A stretch of DNA of 64,000 bases. Origin: Tubiluchus corallicola. Its lineage: Eukaryota; Animalia; Priapulida. Every line of letters begins with the position of its first letter. Positions within the stretch are counted from its first letter, which is position 1. Shown piece after piece: positions 53,559 through 64,000 of the stretch. The stretch is taken from the NCBI GenBank assembly GCA_030141605.1, contig JAQGDQ010000154.1, forward strand, positions 1-64,000, in the 5' to 3' direction. A program made the position numbers and the translations under genes. The notes below the pieces were generated by a model. That model was not told the DNA's origin and did not search any database. It worked only from the letters and a program-made list of their open reading frames with translations.

Positions 53559-54408
53559 AATGATTTTTTCATTATTGTTGTTTAGTTACATGATACTGCT
53601 ATGACTAAAGAAATAAACATATTATCTTAACAGCTCGATGTTAGTTATCAATATCAACAATGATTTTTCAAAATATCTTCCATTTCAGTACTGGTTTAGT
53701 ATTTCAAAATTACATAATAACACTTGACATAATGCCACAACTGGTAACTTGAGAGGTAACATGAAGAAAATATACAGCAGCCCGAATTATTACAGACACT
53801 CGTAAATATGGTCACATAATTTCTGTTTTCATGCAATTGCACTGGTTGCCCGTTTCTTTCAGAATAAAATACAAAATCCTCTTGTTAACATTCAAAGCTC
53901 GGAATGATTTACCGCCTTCCTATATATCTGATTTTTTGAAGCCAATCGCAATCTTAGATCAATTAATTCATCGACACTTGTACCGCGTTATAATCTAGTC
54001 ACATACGGTTCTCTTAGTTTTAGCGTAGCGTACCAAAATTATAGAATGATTTACCAATTTATGCATGTAAAATCAATAATGTTCAAAAGTTCAAATCAAA
54101 AAGCCTTTTTAATTAATAAAAAATTTAATGGACTTATGGATTTAATTACGGCTGATTTTTATATACATGTATTACGATTTTAGTTTTATTTATAACAGGC
54201 TACTGTGTATGTACTATTTATGTGTTACTATTTTAAGTGTGTACAATGCACCTGTCCATTTTTAATGTTAATGCATTTTAAATATTCAATTAATTAATTA
54301 ATTAATCAATTAATTAATGAGTACAATTGCATTATCTTGAAAATAACGTAACCGTATAACCTATACCGGAGAATTTAATTAACAACGTCCACTAATGTAT
54401 TAACAATG

Positions 54409-54692
54409 TTAACAAATCAGCAGATACACTATTGCTATCATACTGATTACAGATGATTGATTTCGAATTACAGAACTTCTTGAGGCACAGTCACCAACGA
54501 GGGGTTTAGAACACTGAAGTGCATTTGCGTCTACGCAAGAAGCATAAGCCAGAGCATGCGCAATGTAATGTTGCTCGTAATTTCCGCTAAATAAATGTGC
54601 CATTGGTCCTCGTGCGTAGACTGGTACGTCTTCACCTCCGTGAGCGTCGTATTCTCTTGGTACTGTCGCTTGTTGTACGTAGAGAGGATCAG
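54409..54692 (-). CDS. ALP: Alkaline phosphatase, terminal exon with GPI-signal-like hydrophobic tail (upstream exons not found in the window)
   Basis: ttttgcag|CT GAT.. gives [73 protein letters not shown] and GPMAHL..EQ.YI are animal ALP hallmarks. Confidence 0.9.
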
Positions 54693-55139
54693 CTGCAAAA
54701 ATATTAAGAACTTACAATAGGTTATTTATTGGCAGAAATGACGCAAGGGCAATATACAAAAAACAATGTTGTTGTGCTGTCATTATAGCGAGCATACCTC
54801 ATTTACTTCAAATTAATGAAGTGGTGTGGTGTGATGTGGTGTCATGTGATGTTGTGTGACGTGGTGTGACGTGGTGTGGTGTGGTGTGATGTGGTGTACC
54901 GTGTAGTGTTAGTTGAAAATGAAAATTCCGGAAAGAAACACAAAGCTAGAAATGCTAGCATTGCGGAAATTAGGAGGCGAACTCTCGCGCAATACCATCT
55001 TAGATTTTGACAGTGTCATACAAACCGAAAAGTAGATACTTCTATCTTTGCTAATTTAGCTAATTCTAAGGTCAAAGCTAATAGGCTGCGTTAGAACAGT
55101 AAAGAAAGATATGATTTGCATAACTCTATATTAAGTTTA

Positions 55140-55502
55140 AATTTATTTATTTCCACTCTGTACCTTACAGTTATAATAAAAATACAGATAATTTTCAACT
55201 GAAGTAAATATAAATATAAATATAAATGCAATAAGAAACTACAAAAGAGATTCTTATGCAGCATATCCATGTGCAAATTGCATTACAGAGTAATTTTGGT
55301 GCACACAGTTTGAACCTAAAAGCATAGCTTGACAGGCCAAACTGTACGTGGAAATTTTAAAGAAATGATTAATAATTGAAATAATGATAATATATACATA
55401 AATGTGGGGGGGGGGGGAGTAGTGAATGAAAGATGATATGGAGCGAGAACTAAGAAAAACTGCGATCATGATTATAAAGTGTTCAGCAACCTGTTGAGCA
55501 TA
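55140..55502 (-). mobile_element. Dispersed repeat (probable LINE 3' end), copy 2
   Basis: Near-identical to 9797-10152. Confidence 0.65.
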
Positions 55503-55509
55503 GAACAAA

Positions 55510-56750
55510 TGACTTGAGGCCATTAAAGTGCTTAAAAAACGCAAAAGCGATGGTTTGCCTGGGCTAGATAGTGACCACATTATTAACGGCCCCCAATTGC
55601 TTTGTGTGCACTTAACACTCCTTTTTAACGCTATGTGACTATTGCCCTCAAATTATATACTACAATACATACTAATTCCCACCGCCAAAAACCTTCTCTC
55701 TAGCTCTATAGTACAAAACGTAATTACAGTCCATAACACTTTCTTCATGTCTGATCAAAATTCTTGACTGGAATTTGCTAATTAGGTTTAATTAATTGCT
55801 GTCTAGCTCTGAACTACAGTTTGCTTACAAGAAAACAGATAATATTGCTGTTTAACTGGCTTTTCGGAAGCTTTTTATAGAATCGCAATTATTACGTTCT
55901 TTACAAAGCTTGAAAAGAAATATAACATGCTTTGTTCGGCATTGTCATTGTTACTCGGCGTCTACGTAAATCAGAAAATAAGAGTCCAGTGGATTGGAAC
56001 TAATTCCTACGAATTTACTGCCACCAATGATAAAACAGGGTAGCCAGTGTATTTAATTATTATTTTATTCGTACACAAAAAAGTACATTAACATAACACA
56101 TACACAGTACATTTAATGTAATACATACATACACACATTTAATGTAATTTATATATACAGTACAGTAATAATATTAGTTACATATTTTCAATACATTACA
56201 CATCAAAATAATATATCGAAAAAAAAACAAAAAAAGACAGAAACGTCAATCATTAAATTTAAAAATTATACTTAAAAACGCCATAAAATTATGTGTATGT
56301 AATTAAGTTTCCATGATAAATGTTAAGATTTAAATATGTGGTGTCCTTTTTTTAGTATACATTGGTAAATTGGTTGCCATCTTGTAAATTAGTTTACGGA
56401 CTCGTTTGGTTACGCTGATGACGCAACCCTTTTGACTCCTTCCTTAACAGGCCTAAAAGTTGTGTTGGGTATTTGTACAGAAATTACAGAATATCATGAT
56501 ATGTTGATTAATTTGAGAAAATCGAAATGTATACTATTCAGAAAACAGAATATAGGACCATTTCCCTGTATGAAAAAAACTGAAAAAGGTAAATAAAACT
56601 GATAAAACCAAGGTAAACCAAATAATTTTAGTTTTGAATAAAAAGAAATTATTTTAATAACTGATATCGATGCGATTCGCAGCACTGAATGCCACTTAGG
56701 TGAGTTGGTATAACACGAGTTTCTCAGAAAAAAAAACTGATGTTATTTCT
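55510..56750 (+). mobile_element. Degenerate non-LTR reverse transcriptase remnant (CR1/L2-group-like)
   Basis: EAIKVLKKRKSDGLPGLDSDHIING at ~55517 and GYADDATLLTPSLTGLKVVLGIC at ~56408; frameshifted and interrupted. Confidence 0.75.
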
Positions 56751-57027
56751 GTAGGCACTTTGTTGATCTATGATTTCTTTGGTTAAACGGTGATAAGGAT
56801 TAGAAAGACCATTTAAATAAGAAAAAACATAGTAAGGAATGTGATCCGGATATCAACTATATCTATTATATAATTCTATACGTGTGATGACTGTTAAGTC
56901 TAGCGAGTTGCATTTCTTCCACCTCATGATAGTCATTAATAGTTTACACAGGTGTGGCAAAATGCACAGAAATTTATTTATTATGCATGCTACATTTTAT
57001 TTAATTTTTAATAGCGATGGCAAAAAA

Positions 57028-59359
57028 CTATTTAAACTTTGGATTGTTTGCCAGTACGTTTTGATAAAATTCCACAACAGAGTTTATTGACGGCCTCTTA
57101 CTTGGATCTGTCTCTCTACAAGCCTGATGCACAGGCGCTAGGGCATCAACAGCAAAAGCAAATCTTCCCTTTTTGTTTTGGTCATTTTTAATCGCAAGAA
57201 AGAACGACAAGCAAACGCCTGGTATTCTAAAAACTTCATTTGCATGTTTGATGGCTCGCTTCTTTTCAGCACATTCAACAGTAGTGCACTCAGTATCGTC
57301 CCATAATCTCGACTCTGGTGCTTCGATGCTCCGATCTCTAGCCATGGAACGATTCAGATACGTACATCTGGCTTCCCTAGGTTTAATATCGTCAAGGTCA
57401 TTGAGAATTAACCGGTGGTCATCCGTGAGGAGGTACTGTGACAACAGTTTGTCCAATTTTTGTGCGTCGCACTGATAAAGATTTTGTTTGTCGAAGAAAT
57501 CAACAATTTTTGCATAGTCTATACACAACTGTAGACGACGTCTAGCAGTATCATTAACTGACGATTGTTCTAGAACTTTATCAACAGTCTTTGCGTTACC
57601 TAGTTTATGGTATTCAGTACAAATTGTTAACGTTTTATTGCAGTAACCAATGAGTTGAACAACGTTGGCTTTGTGTTGGAATTTGATGTAGTTTTCTAAC
57701 ATTTTCGTCAAGTTGCCGTCTACTTTGCGCTTCATTTGCATTGTGGCCATGACGACTGTCCGATTGTTCCACGTTACAAGGTCAATCTGCAAAAAGAAAA
57801 CTCACAGACGAGAGGGAAAAGTGAATGTAATGCTACTGATCACTCATTAGCGTTGTTGCTGCTATTAATGCTGCTGCTACTGCTCTTCTTAATGACGTAG
57901 TAGCTGGTGGTATTTCCGTTGTTGTTACTGCTGTTGCTGCTGCAGTTTCTACTGTTGCTGCTGCTGCTATTGCTGCTTTTGCTGCTGCTGCTACTGTTGT
58001 TGTTGTTGTTGCTGCTGTTACTGGTGTATTTTTCTGCTGCTGCTTTAACTTGCTGCTGCTACTGTTGTTGTTGCTGCTGCTGCTGCTATTGTTAATGATA
58101 CTGCTGCTTTGCCCTTTTGCTGATGCCGATGTTGATGTTCTTGCTGCTTTGTTGTAAAAACAACGACACACACACACACACACACACGCACACACACACA
58201 CACACACAATTATTTTCCCCGTGTATTTAAAATAAGCCAGGAGAGAGCATAAGGAATGAAGGAGACGCAGGGGAATGTAATAAATTCCGAATCAATTATA
58301 AAAGAAACAGGAAAAGTAAACAGGAAAAAAGTTTTCACAGTATACTTTTAGTTACTTTGTCATTAGCCGTCAATTTCTGAGCTAGTTGACACTAGCGCTG
58401 TTGAAAGGCAAAACTCCTTGTTTTCATTATGTAAAATGGTGTAAAGTCGAGCCTTCTAGGAGGTTAGGCTTACTTCAATGTTCACGAAAAATGTTAGAAA
58501 GATTTAGCATGCAATAAGTGCCTCGTGTAACTAGCAAAATCACTTTAAAGTCGCGATCATTTCATGCGTGGGCGGTCAAGCTTCTTCACTGTCAATCTTC
58601 ACCAAAAGTATAATAAGTTTTTACAATTAAAACTAGATAGCTAATTTTGCAATATTTTTGCGTGAACATTTAGGAAGCCTGCCTTAGTTTGAATTAGTTT
58701 AAGCAGCGCGCGTTTACGGAAATCCACCAAGCGCTTACGCAACGTCATGAAGTCTCCCAGTTACTTCATGATTTTCAAGTGAATGGCGGCAACCTCCACG
58801 CCTAAAAATTTCTATTCGGAGATAATGTGTTTTAAATTTTGTGCTTTGTAGGTAGTTCTTCTCTGTTATAGTTTCCTAAGTTTAAATGATAATGTAACAG
58901 TAAAATAACATACTGAGTGACTTGTTCTTTTCTTTAACAATTACCGTTTTTGAGCCTCCGATGACAAAATTTTTCCTCTTCATTTTAACTTTCTTTAATT
59001 CCTCACAGTTCAGCCATTTTGAACAGTTTTTCATGCCTTGCAAGTGGAAAAACCCAGCAGGACACCTGGAATATGGTGATGATGGCAACGGCGATGATGA
59101 CAAAAATGACGATGATGATGACGACTTAGATGATGACGATGATGATGATGATGATGACAATGACAGTAATGATAAGTAACCTGCAACAAAAACAAAGCTG
59201 TGTTAACTTAAAGGCCAGAAATATTTACATAAGTAATCGTCGTCGTCTTAAATTTTTGATAATCGTTTAAAACTTATGGTATTAGTAGGTTAACTCAACG
59301 TTGTATACATTAAAAATTACGTTTGTAAAATGTTACTACTACTGCTGCTGCTGCTGCTG

Positions 59360-59429
<70 letters not shown>

Positions 59430-59479
59430 CACTACTACCACTACTACCACTACTACCACTACTATTACTACTACTACTA

Positions 59480-59558
<79 letters not shown>

Positions 59559-59572
59559 CACTACTACCACTA

Positions 59573-59637
<65 letters not shown>

Positions 59638-59638
59638 G

Positions 59639-59694
<56 letters not shown>

Positions 59695-60120
59695 GTATCC
59701 AAAAAATAATAATGATTCTGAATCAAACTGCAATGAATCTTATTCCCGTCACAAAGTGTGCAAAGAGTTAACTAGTTACTTCAAACTTTTGTTCACTTTT
59801 CTTTTCCTTGGAACATTCCAGTTGGTACAATATCTTGCAGGTTTACCCAGCTATTTATGATAAAATCAATTTAATCTTAGCCAAGATAAGTTCAGCTTCA
59901 TCATTGTCATTACCAACATTATGAGAAACGAATCAACGCCATGAATTAGTTATGACAAATAGCACACAGAAAAACGCAACAATATAGTCAGCATGAAAAC
60001 ACCCAAGGCGAGTATCGAACCCGGTAAACACTCACCTGTCCTTGTCAATCATCACTTACCATACAATGCTGATGCCAAGAAAGTAATAAACATGACTGCA
60101 CTTGCTTTGCAGTGATCCAT
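57028..60120 (-). CDS. POMK: Protein O-mannose kinase (SgK196)-like, ~351 aa; exons 60120-60060, 59180-58945, 57786-57028
   Basis: Hydrophobic N-terminus, CPAGFFHLQGMKNCSKWLNCEELK, VVQLIGYC, TEYHKLG, QCD..LLSQYLLT..LILNDLD, APE and C-terminal HQAC..DPSKRPS match recalled POMK motifs. The exons sum to 1056 nt in frame. Confidence 0.88.
57840..58210. repeat. (GCT/GTT)n and (CA)n low-complexity tract in a POMK intron
   Basis: Seen directly. Confidence 0.9.
59333..59695. repeat. (TAC)n microsatellite, ~120 triplets with TACCAC variants
   Basis: Seen directly; source of the poly-Y/V/S/L ORFs. Confidence 0.97.
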
Positions 60121-60759
60121 GATGGTTGACGTTGTTAAACGCGTAGATCAACAGAGCATGTACAAAAAATTGTACATGTAGTTGAATGTTTGCAGGCCTT
60201 GCGTAGGCCTAGAGCCCGCAGTTCTATGTATGAAGGCCTAGTATAGGTAGTCTAAGCCTTTGCGAATGTTAATGAAGGAAAACTTTAAAGAAACACAGAG
60301 CGTACTTTGCAGTCATTAAGCACGGCTTGATCAGTAGCAGGTGTAGCAGAGACAATTCAATTTTTCCAGCAATAATAACGTTATATTAAAGTTAAGTTTA
60401 AATTGAACCGTTTTGTTGGCTAGCTTTCATCAAGAAAGGTACGTTTCACTTGCAGCGCACACAGTCTTCGAGGACGTCTTTTACAAGAAGGTTGACATAA
60501 TTTTTCCTTCATTGGGGAAATTTCCCACTAGTTTGTAAATACACGACGCGTAATTTAACCATTAAACATTAAGCGCGATAAGTAGACTATTAATTTTAAA
60601 CTAAGATTACAGTAGTTTTGTATTGAATTTTTAGTCACAGTAAGCCTGTCAGTGTAAGCAGTTAATATGCATGCCGTTTCTTCCTGGCGTCCACTGAACC
60701 TTGTGACAAATTGAGCCGTGGGGTACGAATACGATAAGAAAACGATAAAGTCACAGCAA

Positions 60760-61030
60760 GTTCAAAAGTGTTACAACCAGATCAGTGCTCCCATACTATT
60801 CGCTTTGTATGTAGTCGACATTTCTACAAATTTACCTCAAGAAAAACAGAAGTTCAACTAAACAAAGTCAGCAGACGATGATACCCTCCACTTCGCGTCA
60901 AAAAATGTAGTCTCTTAATTGCCATCAGCTTACCTAGCAGACTCCACACACGGTGGAAAATGTGGAGACTAAAGACGAACACCCAACTTGATAAAAGTGA
61001 AGCCATTCTGTCAAGAGTGACGCCGCAACT
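60760..61030 (+). mobile_element. Degenerate LINE reverse transcriptase fragment
   Basis: Remnants resembling GSVL.PILFALYV.D, ADDDT and WKMWRLK; frameshifted. Confidence 0.5.
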
Positions 61031-61730
61031 CAACCCACCAATGAGTTGTTAGACAAAACATTGAATAAAAATGTCATTGTAAGTAGGCGAAGGCGTATTT
61101 ATTGCTATATGAAACTTGTAAATTTAAACTCCCAGTAAAATTACTTCGTTGTATTGGTTGTGTATAGCTGATTATTGGTGTTTTAGGGATGGCAAAACTA
61201 TGAAGAGTCTGATTATAAAACTACACGTTTATTAAACATCAAACACAATAAATATAACAGATAGTAGTGCCAGGCCCCCTGATCTAGCTTGCTCTGCTCC
61301 GGCTCCCAGGCTCAATCCAATTCCCTGAGCTGGGCGCATCACAAGGCTTATATATCGTGCACGGAGCTTCGACACCTCGATTTTGAATCGCTTACTCACG
61401 TGACAACACTCCTTAACTGGCTTCATGCCAGCATTCATCAACATAATTATCTATCATAATCTATTGCTTTTAACATAGGTTAACAGGTCCTCTTTACTCT
61501 CCCTCTATGACCGTTAGGTGCATGCATAAGCCGTTAGAAACAAGTTTAGATAACATTGCATAAAGTTTGAAAAGATAATCAAAGTATTCGTAGCAGGCTG
61601 TTCGCTAACTAATCAAAGTAATAATAAATAACTTTGTATTGTCAGTGAGATCAGTAATGTGTTTTAGGTGAATCAGTGGTGCACACTGGGATAGCGATGC
61701 AGTGACGTTTTATCAGATGGCGCGAATATT

Positions 61731-62197
61731 TTAAAGCACAAGACAAGTGGTACCAGAAGTAAGTTTCAGAAAAATCTCCCTAAAAATTATATTACTTCAC
61801 AGCTCATTTATGCATATATCATATTCGCGTTAAAAGGAATTTTAGTTCGTTTTCATTTTAAATCTCTCGCGAAACTGTTTCGAGGTCGTCATTACATGAC
61901 GTCACCTACACAAACGTAAATCACGGGAAAAAAAGGAAATGTTAACCTATGTCCCAAAAACCTTTCTGTGGAAAGCTATATTACTTCGCTTATAGTACTT
62001 ATATTAGTTTCAAATGACTTTTCGTCATAATGAATGCACCTAACAGTCACCGCGGGCTTTTAAATTTACAAGTTTTATACGGCATTACTGCCGATGCAAG
62101 CCCTGCATGCAAAAAGACAGTACGCAAGTGGTATAAAATTTGAAGACGAAATTTTTAAGCTCATGTAAGTGGAGGGCTTTTGTGCTTTACATTATTA
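61731..62197. mobile_element. TTAA-type element, family D copy
   Basis: Collinear with 13627-14206. Confidence 0.6.
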
Positions 62198-64000
62198 AGA
62201 TTTTTTTCAAATTACATAAACAGGTAAGTGTAATGATAGGTAATAATATATAACTTTATATGGAGAGTTATGGTGAATTTTTTGGGATATACTTTTTACA
62301 TGTGAAAGCAAAGATATACAAATGTTTCGGGTTATGTGACATGCCAGATTTTTAATCATATTTTTCGTTTCTACTTCTCGTTACTTAAAATGAAAACTTC
62401 AGTCTTCATGAGGATTGACAGGAGTCAGTATTTTTCCTAGAAAAGTCGTTTCACAGAAAAAAATGTTGACAGAAAAATCACGGTTACTTTTTTAATTGTT
62501 AAATCTACTATTTTAGTAGGATAATTAGCCTTCTCTTTCTCCGTTTGCTTCTCCCTCTAGCTTCTTATACGCCTCTCATCTCCTCCTTCGCTCTCTTTCT
62601 CTGCCTTTCTATTCCTCTTTTTTCCATTGTCTCTTCTCCTTTCTCTCTAATACTCTTCCTCTCCTATTCTCTTTCTCTCCCTCATTTTAGTTGAGCTCCG
62701 CCCTTTTGAAAGTCTGTGCACGTCAATTGTGATATTTGCCTCCCCCCTGAATCTCATGTATAAGGTACAATTTTTTACATTTTCTTTATGAACCTCTTTC
62801 TAGCTATTTCCACTTGAATTTTGACAATTTAAATTTCACTCTTGATTTTGTAACTATATTTTGTTAATAAATGTGTTAGTTATTTGTGTTGGCTCGATTT
62901 CTAGCACTGATAATAAAGTTGCTGTCGAAACGATCGTCTGTGCTTAATAAACGCCATGAATCGAACTAAAAAAACTCGTTTAAATTCGATTCGAACTGTA
63001 TTCGATTCAAATGTTCGATGCTCACCCCTAACCGTTTCGACTACCTCAAAACCAAACCGTCAGGGTCGGCAACACTGACGTTAAATTTTTATAAACTAAA
63101 CTGTTTCTTATCAATAAAATACACGATAATACAGAAAATGCAGATATTATTGTTTAATGCAAGTCAATAACAAAGATGTTTTCAAAGTTTTATTCAAAAC
63201 ATTCCATTTACAAAATTATTTAAATATTTACAATATTTTACATGTAATAGACACGTCAGTATTTATGACAGCATCAGCAAACTGTTAGTATAGCAGTACA
63301 GAAGCAGCAGCAGCAATTTCAACACACATGAACAATATAACGTGTTTGCACTAAATATCGGTTTAATTAGCCTAATTTAGTTTTAGTCTATTAACGGCCT
63401 TTCAGTAATCGCTTTTTTTAAAGTACAGTTTTATTATAGCAAAAAATTCGCAAGTTTATTATAACATATTTACCAGTGTCACAGATAATCAGGCTTTAAA
63501 TGTAGTTGCACATCTAAATTACACGTACATCTAAATTGTTTGTACGTCTATATTAGATGTATTATAATAAAAAAAATTAAGAAATCTATCAAAATTGATA
63601 CGCGGAAATTCTTTATAACATCCTATTGCTAACATGATCAGGTGATGCTAAAATAAATTTGAGAAACTTGCCAATTATTTCCAATGTACAAAATCTACAA
63701 AAATTTCATGCATAATGATACTGTAATTAGCAATTCAGACTATTATATATGTAACAATGGCACACAATGTTTCGTACGATTACCAATAAGCAAGAAATAT
63801 ACCAATCTACATATATACTTTGGTCACTGATCTTTTTTCTCACTATTAAGATTTTGTAAACTCTAGCAGACACTCTGACTAAAGAAACAGATTTACTGTT
63901 GTCATCTCCAGCGCCAGTTCTAGGTAGTTTTACTCCCAAGGAAAAAGTATTTTTAGCAACCATTCCAAACTGCCAAGCCCTTCTCCTTGAATTTTTGTTG

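Noticed and set aside
59301-59860. Poly-Tyr/Val/Ser/Leu ORFs
   Set aside because: These are translations of a (TAC)n microsatellite in a POMK intron.
61232-61444. Possible missing alkaline phosphatase exon
   Set aside because: I found no ALP motif in the frames examined and no convincing splice sites.

Overview
AT-rich, intron-rich animal (invertebrate-like) genomic DNA, not prokaryotic. Most ORF-track entries are exon fragments or microsatellite artefacts. Manual GT-AG splicing gives six genes or gene pieces: (1) the 3' six exons of a THADA-like gene (+, stop 8090); (2) a complete 24-exon anoctamin/TMEM16 gene (+, 9576-35656, ~866 aa); (3) a complete 11-exon presenilin (-, 47640-37867, ~503 aa), convergent with the anoctamin; (4) an unrecognised small gene (-) whose last exon encodes an Arg/Ser/Gly-rich tail ending in a CaaX box (CTLL*); (5) a lone terminal exon of an alkaline phosphatase with a GPI-like tail (-, 54692-54409); (6) a 3-exon POMK-like kinase (-, 60120-57028) lying where the upstream phosphatase exons should be. 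Introns carry many MITE families, LINE remnants, a tRNA-derived SINE, a 5S-rRNA-headed SINE with target-site duplications, and mini/microsatellites. Best leads: the RS-CaaX gene, the 5S-headed SINE, the ALP/POMK arrangement, a GRHL+CAGGTA motif cluster at the anoctamin 5' end, and an inverted duplication at the window start. All family calls come from recalled motifs; no database searches were run.
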